64,000 bases of DNA from Glaucostegus cemiculus (GCA_976551045.1 CDPCPM010000370.1:496001-560000); one strand, 5' to 3'. Shown: positions 1 to 13,854, counted from the first letter of the stretch. The notes: generated by a model not told the origin, from the letters alone. Translations and numbers: made by a program.

Positions 1-501
1 GCAGAGTAGGGAATTCTAATGGCAAGGAGCTGGAAGATCGCGGCCACTCCTGAGATCTGATAACAGTTGCGACGCAAAGCTGTCACACATCTGAATTTGG
101 TTCTGGAAAAGTGGGAGGGACCACGTCGTGAACACTGAATTCCGCGCATTGGATTGAAATAACATCATGTGTGGCGCTACTTCACAGGGAACATCGATTT
201 GAGTCCCTGGATGGTGGGAAGGGAAGAGTTGAAAGGACAAGTGTTACATCTCCTGCTATTGCATTGGAACGTTACGTTGGCGGAGAAGATAATCGCTGGT
301 ATTTTACCTCTATGCCTCCCCATATCCCTTGACTTATTTACTAAACAGACATCGGTTGATCATGCAAGTGTGTGGACGGCAGAGTGAAGGAACAATGTTG
401 TGCCAAATGCTTAGGTTACCTGAAATCCCGAGGTTGACCAGGAGAGAACGTTGCTCAGTCCTCGGGCTTCAATTGGTTGCAGTTTCATGAATCACAAGAG
501 T

Positions 502-573
502 TTCCCTGACAAGGAATCGAAACCGGCCCGCTCCGGTGAGAGCGCTGAACCCTAACCATTAGATTATCTGGAA
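502..573 (-). pseudogene. Degenerate tRNA-Glu(CTC) pseudogene
   Basis: Aligns end to end with the intact tRNA-Glu at 7044-7115. Anticodon CTC, but several mismatches in the acceptor, D and T stems. Confidence 0.7.
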
Positions 574-1122
574 ACAGCTGATACGGGTCCTGCACATGTG
601 CCTCTCCAGTGTTCATTGATTTAATTCAGGAGCCAGTTTCCGCCAGCCAAGACAATCGATTAAAATCCAATCTCTCTGTGAAGCAACGGCAGTACTAAGT
701 ACCAGGAGAGAGATAATCTGCGAAAACAGTGGCCAAGACTTTATTATATATTATTTCCATTCTCATCCTACTTCACCCAAAAAGGAACTGCTATGAAATC
801 CGAAAGCCCCTGCAGAGCTGCCCAAAGTCAGATGAACGTCACTTTCCACCACAAGCTTCTGGATTCAGAACTATGAAATCTGCTCGCTGGCTACGTGTAT
901 AACGCAGTGGAAGCAGTGTGCAGCCCCCTCCTGTCATTGGTATCATATCTCAGGGTTTTGAAATACTACACTTGATTGGTTAACAAGGAACACATGATCT
1001 GCGGTTTTTTTTTATTTCAATGCTACTTCTATTGGAATTTTCGTGATTAGATTCGAAGCAAGCGTGAGTGAGAATTCGACGATAATCGAACCGGCGAGAT
1101 CCACACTGGCTCGGTTCTCTGA

Positions 1123-1595
1123 ATGATCATGCGTTATAACTTCATTCTTTTGGCTGTGTTCCTCTGTCTAACATTTGGTAAACATTTCAAATTTCTTAGA
1201 GCAGCAGGATTTTATTGGAAACAATCTTTGCCTTCTTATTAAGTCACATTTAACCGACTATCAATGCTTTCACCAGGTCGGGGTAAGGAAGATTATGTGA
1301 CTCAGGATGGGTGGCCTGTCGTCCTGGAAATGGGAGAGACATTCACAACGCAATGCCAGTTTCGGACCTCAGTGGTAGGGTATGATATCTACTGGTACCG
1401 CATGTACTCCAACAGCAGACCGGAGTTGACCGTCTGGAGAAGTTCCTCGGGCAGTCAAGGTAAAGGGAAGAATTTTGGGGATCGTTACAGTACTGAAATT
1501 AACGAGTCGTTGCAAGTATCGAACCTCACCATGAGAGAGCTTGAGCTGAGTGACACAGCTCTGTATTTCTGCGTATTCGCCCCGTCAGTCGGCGA
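1123..1595 (+). CDS. TCR alpha/delta-type V gene segment (intact)
   Basis: Leader 1123-1177 (MIMRYNFILLAVFLCLTF, G|GTAAA). Acceptor CAG at 1274-1276. V exon 1277-1595 with C..WYR..DTALYFC. Consensus RSS: CACAGTG 1596-1602, 23-bp spacer, ACAAAAACC 1626-1634. Confidence 0.93.
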
Positions 1596-2446
1596 CACAG
1601 TGAGACACCCCAATGCTCCTCTCCTACAAAAACCCAACTGCGGTCGGAGTTCCGTTGCGGTCAGGTGGAGCTGCAGCGCAGCGTGCACTTCCCCTGGGCT
1701 GCCTCAGAGAGCCCTGCAGTATATTCCCAGAACAACCAACGACTTCTCGTACGAGGACTAACAGCATGTAGGAGAGCTCCGCTCCGTTCCCTTCCCCAAC
1801 TTCTTCCGTAGCTGATGTGGCAGAAAAAAGCTGACAGAGTCCTTAGTTCATTGAAAAATATAATTTGCCGCAAGACTGCAAAAATCTTTGTCTTTCTTTT
1901 AATTCTTTTCAATGGAGTCCCGGTATATATTAAACACAACGCGACTTTCATATATTCCAGTTCATATGAGCTCCGCGGAGGGGCCTCACACAAGAGGCTA
2001 ATAGAAGATACTCGGCAACTATTTAGGACTGGGAAGATGTGTAATTAGTGAAGAAATTTTAAGTCTTTGGAATTCACAAGTTCAGAGTGGAGTGGTTCTT
2101 CACACAACTTTTGTAACTAAGCTGAGTTCCACAGAGTTTGGGAAATTGAAGGATTCGGAGTAGATGGCATTTGGGCGTGAAAATTGATTAAAATGAAGCT
2201 AGACATGATTATACATCATAGCATCTTCCTTGAGAAGGTCGGAGAACTTTGGCCTATTACCAGAACTCAGACATATGCAGCCTCTTATACACTGCAATTC
2301 CAGCAGTTGTTCGATCTCGTACGGATCATGTGAGATATTCCCTGATACATCCGGTCCGCAATGGGGAGCCGTAAATTCCCCATGTTGGACGCCGAACGCT
2401 CTTGTAACTCTCAAGCGCATAGTTAGTGTCCAGGCTCTGAAAGATT

Positions 2447-2885
2447 AGAACCATAGAAGCATAGAACAATACAGCACAAAACAGGCCCTTCGGGCACCAA
2501 GTTGTGCCGTCCTTCAAATGTCACATGATTTAACTCTTTCCTCCAACATATCCTTCTATTCCACATTACTCCATATGCCTATCTAACAATGTCTTTTACC
2601 TGTCCAACGTATCTGCCTCCACCACCACCACCCCAGGCAGCGCATTCCATGCGCCAACTACACTCTGGGTGAACAACCGCCCTCTGACATCTCCCCTGAA
2701 CATTCCACACAATATCTTAAAGCCATGCCCTCTCGTCTTGAGCATCTGTGCTCTGGGAAAGAAGTGCTGGCTGTCAAATCTGTCTACTCCTCTCAATATC
2801 TTATCACGTCTATCAAGTCCCCTCTCATCCTCCTCCTCTCCAACGAGTAAAACCCTGGGACCTTAAGCCTCTCCTCATATTCCAA
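2447..2885 (-). mobile_element. CR1-type LINE 3' fragment
   Basis: ORF 2596-2796 (RGVDRFDSQHFFPR..RGH..FRGDVRGRLFTQSVVGAWNALP) matches the CR1 ORF2 C-terminus. A short-repeat tail (TTCTA-type on the minus strand) lies near 2447-2470. Confidence 0.85.
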
Positions 2886-3290
2886 GCTGTATTCCCGACA
2901 GTATATCTGTACAAAACACTGGATTTAAAAAAAGTTTGTCCTCACTTTGGAAATAGTTTCGCTTCATTATTCTGCCAGAATCCCCTTCCATGTTCCCATC
3001 ACCCAGATCCAAGCTGGCACTGAATTGGATGTCCTCTGTTTTCGAAAACCACAGAATTCCAGTTGATATGGTTTAAGAATGATGTACAATTCATGATTAA
3101 ATATTTCAGTTGTTAACCACGTGCAAGGGCTTCTACAGACTTTTATTAAGGAAAAAGATCGATAAACTGCATTATTGGAACATGCATTCGTGCTCGGTGT
3201 GTATGTCTGCCCATGTCTGCATGCGTGCGTCCCTGAACATGTGTGTCTGTTTTGCTTCCGTGTGTGTGTGTGCGTACGTGTACTTGAGTA

Positions 3291-3431
3291 NNNNNNNNNN
3301 NNNNNNNNNNNNNNNNNNNNNNNNNNNNNNNNNNNNNNNNNNNNNNNNNNNNNNNNNNNNNNNNNNNNNNNNNNNNNNNNNNNNNNNNNNNNNNNNNNNN
3401 NNNNNNNNNNNNNNNNNNNNNNNNNNNNNNN
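3291..3431. other. Assembly gap (N run) next to a GT-rich microsatellite
   Basis: Run of n. Further gaps at 19192-19333 and 24781-25000. Confidence 0.99.
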
Positions 3432-3639
3432 ATTCGTTTAACTTTTTCCTCAGGTTAATGGGAGAATAAGGGAAGTTGGTTGATTTCAGGTCGCCAGGGA
3501 CACTGAGATAGTGGGCTTTGAAATCACGATCCACTTGATGTTGACGGCCACCACGTCTTGCTATCTGTTTACTGCTCACAAGACACAGCTTCTGGTTGCA
3601 CCAACTTCAACTCTGCTGATATTCCAACCATGGTTCTGC

Positions 3640-5260
3640 ATTAGATCCGGCCTTTGCTCATATTAAATGTACTGCGGAACATTCGGTCCGGTGAATATTA
3701 ATATCACACCGGGGCAGTCACTGTTCATATTACACTGGGCCCAAGATCACGATGTCTAGACAACATGCATATTACAATTCGCTCTCAATACAAAGGAGGG
3801 TCACTGTTCACGTTCCACGGGGCCGTATATACACATGGCTTCATCTGTGTTCATGTTATATAGACCCATAACTCCAGGCCAAAATATTCTTCATAAATCT
3901 CGGGGAACCTGAATATTAGGCCCACTCAGTGTTCGTGTTAAGTTTGGCCGACCACCAGCTGCAATCAATGATCAGATTGCATTGGTGCCCATAAAACAAT
4001 GCTCGGGAACAGTTCATGGTAAACTGGACAAATAACTCCTCAGCCACTCTTCACATTACATTGGAAACAATAACACACATTCCAATTAGTACTTGTGTGG
4101 AATTTCGGCGTGCATCATCAGGCCCGATCACCGTTGACATTACACTCAGCTCTATAACACCAGGCCAGTTCACTGTTATATGTGGCCCTGAAATACCTGG
4201 GCCATTCATTCAGTGGAAGACTCTGGGCTATGTAATATCAGTCATAGTAAGCGTTTGGGTTAACTTCGGACTAATAACAGTAGATCGACTTACGATTTGC
4301 AATTCTCTGGGTACTATGAAACAGGCATTGTGTGTGCTTGTGTCACATTAGTCCTTAAAACACCTTGCCTAATCATTGTTCATGTAACTACAGAAACTAT
4401 AATACTTGGGTCACTCGGAGACGGTGTTCTATGCAGAACAGTATCACCAGGCCCAGACACTATTCATATTACATTGGACCCGATAACACACGACATGGTC
4501 AGTTTTCATGTAACATGTTACATTGTGCCCTGCAACGGCAGGTTCTGTAACTCCAGGCCCAGCACTCTTTGTTAGCTTCTGGAAACTACAATGCTGGTCT
4601 TACTTGGTCTTACAGTGGGCCGCATAACGTCAGGCCCAGTCACTGTTTATATTACATAATGCGTACTTGAACAGTAGGCCCGGTCAATCTTCACACTCCA
4701 TTGATCCCAATTACAACAGCTGTAAATATTCCATCCGTAGCTCTGCATTGGGTGAAGAATTTATTGATATAATACTGGCCCTGGGGTATTCGAAGCAGTG
4801 ATTGTTGATATTAATACAGGCCCAGTTGTTCTTCATATTACAGTATAATTCATATTAAACGCAATGCCCAACCACTGTTCATATGACACTGGGCCTCGCA
4901 ACACCAGGCCCCGTCACTCATCTCAAATAGACCTTGGCCTACTAAGTATTAATGTTACATTAAGCCCAGCAACACTGTTCATATTACACTGGGCCCATTA
5001 TTATAAGGCACAGTAAGTGTTAATGTCACATTAGTTCCTAAAACTCCAGGCTGAATCCACGTCCGCACTACACCAGAATCTGTGGTATCAGGTCCAAACG
5101 TTCTTCCTAAACCTCTGGGCACGTCAATACTCAGTGGGACCCGGTGTTGGAGTTACATTTTGTCCTACATCACCAGGTCCTGTCACTAATTATATTACAC
5201 TGCGCCCTACAACACCATGCCCATTCGCTGTTCGTGTTGCAAAAGGCACGCTTTATCTTT
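3640..5260 (+). repeat. Degenerate minisatellite, unit about 40 bp (core CACTGTTCATATTACACTGGGCCC..ACACCAGGCCCAGT)
   Basis: Recognisable copies near 3719, 4873 and 4973, with many eroded copies between them. Confidence 0.7.
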
Positions 5261-5984
5261 GATTCATTGTTTTCATGACTTCGAAAGACCGTCGTGCATG
5301 CATATTACTCTGCCCCGAAGGTAAATGGCACATGTTTCTTCTGTCTGTGTGACAATGGATCATCTTTCATCCTGCACCAACCTTGTTCCGTCGGTGTATT
5401 TCTGCAGGCCCTGTCCTGTTTTAAGGAACACTATTTCTTAACGAAAACCTGATTTTGATGTTGTCCCACCGGTCCTTTTGTTGGTTTGATGTGCTTTGGA
5501 CCTGGTATCTCTTTTCCCATACATTAAACACTGTGCTACTTTATATTACACAAGTTCCACTGTTTAAATTATAGATTAACCTCACTTTATTTCTATTACA
5601 CTAGCTCTATCACTGTTTGAAGAACACAGCGTAAGTCATATTATGCTATGTCACTGATTGCTCTGCATCAACCGGAGGCTCTGTTTAATGCACCAGTGTG
5701 TGCTGATGTCAGTACTGCACTGTCCTGTTTCTCCGATTGATTGATTGACAGATACACTGCTCAGTACGTGGACGTTTGCAGATATTTCCTGGCGCAATGC
5801 ATTTCGGTGGAAAACGATGTTTTCTCTGGTGAACAGCCTGCGGCAGCTGCGCTGCAATTTCAGATTAGTGTATAATCGTCAGTGTTATATGTGAGAGGAC
5901 CTTGCATTCCACATCGAAAAATTGATATGTTCCAACGTTTTATTTTGTTGGAAATATGCCTACAGAATGCTTAATCCGGTTAAA

Positions 5985-5986
<2 letters not shown>

Positions 5987-6037
<51 letters not shown>
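5987..6037. repeat. (TG)n microsatellite
   Basis: Direct inspection. Confidence 0.95.
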
Positions 6038-6041
<4 letters not shown>

Positions 6042-7043
6042 GTGTGTCTCTCGTCCCCGGTTATCGAAGTGTTTGTGCCGACCTATTCATCAGTGTGGAT
6101 ATTTGGACCAGGCAGGAGTCCATGAGATGGTAAGCACTGTGTCGTCACCCAATAGCTATTGTCCAGCAGTGGGCGATTATGAGGTAAGATCCTGTCGCTA
6201 TTTTGGTGTGAAAATCAGTTCATTCTGTGGGTCAAAACAGAGCGGGCTTCGGTGCACTGAACAGAAAACGAATGAGGACACTCCGGCATTCAGACAGCTG
6301 CAGTGTCCGAAAGAGGCTGTGGTCAGCGGCAACGTAGAAATCAGCCAATGAGAGAAAAATGAATTGGCTTTTCGGCAGCCTGAAGAGACGATCAGAATTA
6401 ATAATTATAAATGCAATCTGGAAGCAAACGTTATCGCCAATAATGATTTTTTCTCCTGCAAATACTTGATTGTTTGCACGTTCGTTTAATTTTGTTAACA
6501 TTAATAAATCTGTCAACTCACACGTTCTTTCATTCACTGACCCATTTCTCGCTGTTTGGAATGAAATAACTCCCTTTTTCTCCACTACGACAGACTTCCT
6601 GTTTCTCTCGTCATGTCAGAAACTTGTAAGTTAATTCTTGGTTGACTTTTCACATCATTATTTTACCGTCACATTCTTATTTTAGAGTCACATTCTTATT
6701 TTATCGTTATATGTTTATGAACATGTGTACGATTTCACACATCGTGCACATGTTCATGAACATAAAACGGTAAAATAAGAATGCCCGGAATGTCGCCCAG
6801 AACATAGACATAAACAAAACAAAACACAGATAGAGAAAATCTGAAACAGAAGTGAAAAGGCTGGTCAGAAAATTTCTGTGGATGGTGAAACCGAATGAAA
6901 TAACGTCGGTTGTTTTTATTCCAACGAGACTGCACTGTGGTCACAGTTTAAAGATTGGGTGCCTGTCAACGTTACCGTGGTGATAAAATTGCAGCGAAGC
7001 TGTCCGGAGAAAAACTTCGGTTCCACAAAACATTTAACCTGTT

Positions 7044-7115
7044 TTCCCTGACCGGGAATCGAACCCGGGCCGCAGCGGTGAAAGCGCCGAATCCTGACCA
7101 CTAGACCATCAGGGA
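7044..7115 (-). tRNA. tRNA-Glu(TTC)
   Basis: Minus strand reads TCCCTGATGGTCTAGTGGTCAGGATTCGGCGCTTTCACCGCTGCGGCCCGGGTTCGATTCCCGGTCAGGGAA (72 nt). A and B boxes intact. TTTT terminator about 14 nt downstream. Confidence 0.93.
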
Positions 7116-10115
7116 GACCGGTGAAGGAATTGACGAGGCTGTCTGGTGAAAATTGTCGCATCAAATCATCCGCGAACAGTTGACCTGACAGAACAGAGAA
7201 GTACAGAGGCTTCTGGGCTTTTGCTGCCCTCTGGTGGAACGTCAGCATGAATCTTCAATTCGATGCAGAAATGATTCCCAGTCTCTGAGATCGTTGAAAG
7301 AGAGTCAGAATCTCGAGGCACGGACGAAATCTACAAATTAGTTTGAGATCACTAAGGAAAACCGACTTTTTACGTCAAAATGCGTATGGAAAATATTCTA
7401 AATTTCTTCCGGAACACCCAATCGCTCGACCCACAGCCTGATTTTACTCTGACGAGAAGCGTTCGTGAAGATAATGTGATTTTGCAAAACCCACTTTTCT
7501 TCAGCATTCGACAGCTCGGATAAATTACCCAGTTTACTCTCTCGGGGCTGCATCTGAGTGGCTCCGCAGATTATCACTCCCCTCTGAGACTCAAGTTGCA
7601 GACACCAGTGACACCCTCGCCCAGAAACGCCAGTCGCCTTGCGGACTTCCCCTGCAAAGCAGTCCATGCTGATGTCTAACTTTTTCCAGTTCTGTCGCTA
7701 AATTTTTGAATTGAAGGTTTACCATTGTCTGTCTCTCAATCCACACTTCCTGATCTGTTTTACTGCAGTTCGAGCCTCATACTCAACAAATAATTCAATG
7801 ACTGATATTGGTATTCACATTCACAAATCATTCAGCATCAGCCATCTAATCTGTAAGTTCCGATATACCACATCTATTCATCTGCAATCTTTAACACATT
7901 TTGCCATGCATCAGGTTGGAACCTTCGACACCGCCATAAACACTCTCCTCAGATATGGCAGATCAAGACAAATAATTGATAATTCCCGCGAGTTAACACC
8001 AGAGGGAGCCCGACCCCATTATACAATGTAATATCAGATGCCGCCCCGCTGTGGAAGCGCAGAAACTGACGGCACACAAGACTATCAAACCGCTCAGCAT
8101 TTTTGCAGGAAAAGAACTGACCAACTTGATCCCTTCCAACAGTGGATTCATTACCCTGTAGGTTACCTTGATGGGCTGAATGGCGCACCACCTCAGCTCC
8201 CTTCTCCATGCTCCCTCCGCAGATGCTGCATGATCTTATGAGTATTGTCAATAGTTTCTCCCTTTCTGTCAGATTTCAAAGATCCATATTAAAAATATAT
8301 CTTTGCTTCTTCCTGCCTGGGATATATCTCACAAGCTTCCATTCACATTCTGTCGAAAGAAACTATTGAACTGATTCTAAAATATGGTGACGGAACAGGA
8401 AACTATATTATTCGTACACTGATATATTTGTAAGAGACGTGTTCTGTTGCCTCATTTCCGTGGTCTGCCCTTTGATCAAATCTGTCATACCTTGTTCCCG
8501 TGACCAAATAAATACCCACCTCTACCACCACCGTATTCTATGCCCGCCGTTCTAGTAAAGCAAGGGTAACGTTTTTATCCAAGGACACCCCGGTTAACAC
8601 CACCGCGCATCCCAGCGCGCAGTCATGCAGCCCACCGTCGGACAGCTGCATTCCGGACAGGGCAGTTGTTCACTCAATTTTCTAAATGTCGAGAGAGTCG
8701 GAGAAATGAGCCCTCACACCTTGTGCATTGTACATTGGAAGTGTTTCCAGAGGACGGGATGAGTAGAAGGAAGTAGAAGCCAGTATTCTGGTCCTTCATG
8801 GAATATGCAGTAGTAGTGATTGAAAAGTTGCAATTGATCATCGTTGAGTCTCCTTCAATCGGCCTCGTTATCTGCTTCCTGCAGACCTTGTCTGTGGCAC
8901 CTCAGTTGCAGTAATTTTAAGACACAGAAATATATCTGAAATACACGTTTGTGATAATTAATATGGCATGTGACTATTGTGAGCGAGTAAACAATAGAAA
9001 GGAGGGTTTACTCTTCTGGAAGAAAGAAGCGCAGTCAGGAAATTTGCAAACTCGCTGGTTAGAAGAGATGCCATCGCGAATACTGAAGAAACAGAAACAC
9101 AAAAACACGTAACCGATCGGAACAGAAAAGACTGACGTGAAATTGTTTATAGACAGCATGCTGTGTGATATCCGCCCTCACTGCTGATTGGGTCGTAGTG
9201 AACGTACATGAACTATCCCGTCAGCTCGCAGATTCCATCCTGCAACTCACCAATGAGCCCGAATATCAGCAGATTCAGTTTATCCAATCATCCCGTGGTA
9301 TCTATTTTGCCCAATTCGTAACGTCAGCATGGGACGCGTTTCAAGTCAAACTGCGTCTCCTCCAAGGGAGCAATGTTCGAAAACAGAATCACTTGGGTGG
9401 TTCATTGGCTCAAGCTGTGAGGGAAGGGCGAAAGGAGAGAATTTAAAAGAAATCCCTCAAGGTCATCAATAGAAAAAATCTGTTCAATGACGATCAGTGT
9501 CGCGCGTATCTGACATGAATATGGACATTCCACAGAATTTCTCTGAGATTGAAACACGTGAAATTAGCCCCTTCCCGAGCTAGTCTTCACAGCTTGTCTC
9601 AGTTCCATTATGGTTTCATAATCTAGATCTCATTCAGTGAAAATGCAAAAGAGTCTTTCAAGTTAAGTGCATAGGATGACTGCTCACCTGTCATTTACGA
9701 GAAAAATATCAATGCGACAGAGTCAGATCGGGACACATTTGGCCATTTCTGATTCTATTTCTGGTCATAGCATTCGGGAAAACGTAGGAATCAACGAAAA
9801 CTGGAGGAGTGTATTTGGGCGACGCTGCAAAGGACAATATCATTGACTTCAGGCGAATTCGTGTTGGAGCAGGATCTGTGTCAAGACAGATACGCGTTGT
9901 TATTTACATCCACTTCCCAGTAGAGACGCTGCAGCGCTACGTCCCCGAAGCTCTCGAAGCACAATCGTTCTGGCTGCTTCTCGGTTGGCATTGCTGCTTC
10001 CTGTGACACGTAACGCGAAGCCTGAGTGAACGATTCTGCTGCCCTCTTGCGACAGTTACCTGTAATTATCGGTTTGGGTTTTTGTCATAGCCCTCTGTCG
10101 CTCGGAAGCAATGTG

Positions 10116-10551
10116 GGCTCCATGGCGCAGAAATACACGGCGGAATCGGAGACAAGAACCCCAGATATAGTGAAAGGAACCGCCCGACTTTCTTTGAACA
10201 AAACAGCCGAGAACCTATCTGGACAGTCTGGGGACCGCTCTCCACCAGTCCCTGTGGCATATTTCTTCAATAAATATCTCGGAGATTCCCCAGGATACTG
10301 CATGTACCAGAAGAGTGTTCGGGCATCTTCAGTGTAACTACAGTTCAGCGTTACTGTCTGGCCTTCCTCAACTGTAAGATCACGTGGATACTGGACCACC
10401 AAATCATCGCCAGTCACGCCTGTAAGAAAACACGACATTCATGAAAATTCCGACAGGTTAAGACAACCAAAAGGCACACGATGCTTATGAATAGAAACTC
10501 ACCGACTATAACTACGATAATTTTCAGCAAAGAAAATGGGAAGTACATCAT
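10116..10551 (-). CDS. TCR alpha/delta-type V gene segment (intact, inverted)
   Basis: Leader 10551-10503 (MMYFPFSLLKIIVVIV, G|GTGAGT). V exon 10419-10116 (VTLNC..FWYMQYPG..DSAVYFCAMEP). RSS: CACATTG 10115-10109, 23-bp spacer, ACAAAAACC 10085-10077. Confidence 0.93.
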
Positions 10552-11519
10552 GCCTACTCCAGAGCACGACAAGAAGTAGTAGAATGCGTTAACAATAGCG
10601 TTCTCTCTTTAAGATCAAACTCAGCCCAGTTGTACATTTGATCACGTGACTGGTGTTTACCAGATATGCGATAGGCTGCTGCCTCAAGACTCTGAACAGT
10701 TCTTGGCCAATCAAACTGTGTGTTTTGTTGGCTCCTCTGAGGTCATTGATTTATTTTTCCTTCCCCACTCAAAGAAATACGTTGCAGGAAACCGACAGAA
10801 GTTGGGCAACGCCAGTGTAAAGGGGAAGTGAGTTAACGTTCTGTTTCTATTTCCACAGTGGCTGCCTGATCTGCTGAGGTTCTTCATGTTTCCTGTAATT
10901 TTACGTGAACGGTTCGGCATACACATATTTTTCTTTATTTTGCTCCGTTTCCTGGTGTTATTGGAATAACCAATCCATCTGTGAACTTCATTGTTCTTAG
11001 TTCTAATAAAGCGTCACGGACGTGAATAATTTCCTGCATCACCTTCCACATATTTACCTAAACTGTTGATTGTTTCCCTTATTTTCTGCTTTCAGTTGAT
11101 TCGTTAGGGGTCCAGTGTCATTTTGAAGCGGCGAAATAGCCTCTAATGCGGGTTGGTGTTGAGATTACGCTTACAGCAGCGAAAGGGCAGATACTCAAGC
11201 GGACAGATTGGCCTCCACAGGCAAATACACATCACGTACTATATAATTCTGATAATCGTCTGCCGATATACTCTATATTCATGACAGAGATAGATTGGTT
11301 TCCAAACAGCATGCGCATCAATGAATATGGTCATCAGTTTCGAAAGTTGCCTTGATTTAAGCGGCCAGCTTAATGTAATTGGACAACAGAGAACATTTCA
11401 TGGGACGAAGAAGATCATTCTGTGTTATTGAATGAGAGCGCCGCCGTGTGTGCGCTATGATAGCCTCATGATGACTTTCTTTGTCTCAGAACCCCACCCC
11501 ACTCTCCAGCTTTGTTTAC

Positions 11520-11790
11520 CCCCGACACAAAAATAACGGGCGTAATTGGAGATCACGGTCTTATTCACGTTTTGCAGCTAAATGCTGATCGTTTCATTAA
11601 ACAAAGGGAAGCAGTCCGTGATGGAGGTGTTTCTGAATATCTGTTCTAAGATGAGACAAAGTGGATTCGGTGGAGATTCGAGAGGATCTGACTGCACCAC
11701 AAAACAAACTAACTGCTACAGATTGGATTCAAGCCGCAGTTTCGTGTGACGTTCATTTCTCCTTCACGCAGGGAATTTTGGAGGTTGAAT
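11520..11790 (-). pseudogene. Possible relic V segment
   Basis: Minus strand gives EGEMNVTRNC..VLWCSQ and, after frame shifts, ARYFCV, with stops. No RSS recognised. Confidence 0.3.
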
Positions 11791-13750
11791 TCCAAAATAC
11801 TGTTATAATAAAATGATCTCATCATCATCTCAGTGGAAGTTACACACGACATTTCACCAGTAAGTAGGTGAACGCTGAAAGCCGCCAGGTACTTGAGGGG
11901 GAGGTGTAAATCTATCGGAAAAGTTGTCCTTAAAAATGAATTGATATTATGATCACCGCTGGTCGTGGAATCTGCTTCTTAAGAAGCACCGTCTCCCTTT
12001 TACACCACAGTCCGGCACGTCCTTCGTCGGAACGGAAGGAACATCGACAGACCTCCCTACCCAAGGAGTTCAGCAATTCCCAATCACCTGTTAAGTGCTG
12101 AAATGTCTCCCAGAACACGGACAGGAAAAGGCCGCAGGCAGCAGTGGGCTAAAAAAAGAAAGAAAGCATTTGAGAGCAGGTGAATCAGAGAAAGTAATAG
12201 GGCGGCTGAGCTGGAGGAAAAGTAATAAATATACTTGGAAGAATCGCAGTCTGTAGTTAAACTGTCCTTTCTCATTAAAGTGTTTACAGTGTGAAACAGA
12301 AAAGGTTGGTTGATGCAGCCTTCGTGGTGGCAGGAAACAGCGCCATCGTGTGGCCGTGTAAAAATTGCCAACAACAAGGTTGCAGGGATCATCGATCTCT
12401 TTACACATTGTATCCTTTTGCCAAAATTCCGAGACTTAGTCAAAGTTTATCAGCGGTTCTTTGGTGCACTGTTAAGTTTTCCCCCTTCGATACTGTTTTG
12501 TTCGTGACCCCGGAGCTAGCCGTTTACGTTCAATTTGTGGTTCAGCTGCTTCTGACACTGTGACGTGACTTCGCTCCTTGCTTGACGGACAATCTGAAAT
12601 TGGCGGCGGTATTTAGTACCCGAATCTGTTGCAATTTGTTTTACCGGAGTCTGTACAAAGCCACATAAAGCTGAGTTGCGCTGTTTTTTCCGATTACCAT
12701 GAATTTCATTTTGTACCAAGAACGTTTGTACGACGTACTTTAAAATACTTTACACGTTTTATCATTAAATAGTATATGACATTTTGGTGCAAATGGCATT
12801 TTAATGACAGTCAAGTTTATTGAAATATTTTGATATATTACATTTCGTCCGATTTAATATATCTGTATATTATTATGATTTGATTTTACGATTTTTTCTT
12901 GCAATGAAATGAAGAGATGTCAAAAGACACCAGCTACTCCTGTTTTCCGATTGTGACACTGCTTCACTGCAATGGCACCAAACATACACTCAACAGCCAA
13001 TACTTGACCTATATTTGCAGAACTTGGAGAATGGTGCCAAGGATCATTTCAGGACCCCCGGGTGGTTCAGCTCTGCGGAGAAGTGTAACGCTCTGACAGC
13101 TCGCTGAGCCGTAGTGACGGAAATAGGGCACCTATTTCTGTGCCGTATGGGCACAAAGCTCTGAGCAGAACGCGGGTAAGTAATTGACAGAATCGCATCT
13201 CTCTGGGAAATGCGTTTCAATTTTTCACCGAGTACCCTTCCATAAGTTCTGTCATTACCAAACCGGAAACTATGATCAGTCTTTGTTCTTAGAATCAAAA
13301 ATATTTGTCAGGGTTTACAATTGAAATGACAGTGAATATCATTTCATCACTGATAATTTTCTTTGTCGGTTATGTGACTGGTATCGAGGATCAAACAGAG
13401 ACCGGTCGATCTCATTGGCATCTGAAACGACTGGTCATGGTGTCTCCGCGTGACTTAGAGATCATGTATACTACCCGGTCATCCGCTGTCACATAATTTC
13501 ACCGGTCATCTGGCAATGAATCTGTACTTACGGAGAAGTGAGATCCATTTTCCTCTGGACCCATTTAGCGATTAACCAGACACTCACTTGAGTTGAATTC
13601 AGTGAGGTTTCTCAAGATGATCAGATTATTTCTTTCTGATAGACTTTGGGTTATCAGAATGTTCCTGCTCCGATATCTCAGTTTTCTGCAATAAATACAT
13701 TCTATTACTTTGTGAGAGGCATTATCATCTCCCTTTCATTTGTCCTCAGC

Positions 13751-13764
13751 AGGAAGTGATGTCA
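13751..13764 (+). promoter_or_regulatory. ETS (GGAAGT) plus CRE-like TCR V promoter decamer AGTGATGTCA
   Basis: AGGAAGTGATGTCA lies about 90 bp upstream of the leader ATG at 13855 and matches the AGTGA(T/C)GTCA decamer described for TCR V-beta promoters. Confidence 0.6.
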
Positions 13765-13854
13765 GACCGACCGCCGCAACTGCTCGCAGTTCTGCCTGAC
13801 AGAGGCACTGCAGGTTTCTCAGACGCAGAGTCCTTGCAGACAGAAGCATCGAAC

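Noticed and set aside
3640-5260. Repeat array as CRISPR-like or coding (ORFs 4016-4575)
   Set aside because: Vertebrate context, degenerate tandem units without unique spacers, no cas genes; the ORFs are repeat artefacts.
12286-12570. Faint V-like remnants here and at about 7950-8280, 22900-23130, 29830-30080 and 41470-41700
   Set aside because: Only isolated motif fragments; a profile HMM search would be needed.
13020-13160. GTYFCAVW followed by CACAAAG, a possible relic V
   Set aside because: No recognisable first Cys or Trp frame and no nonamer; too eroded to call.
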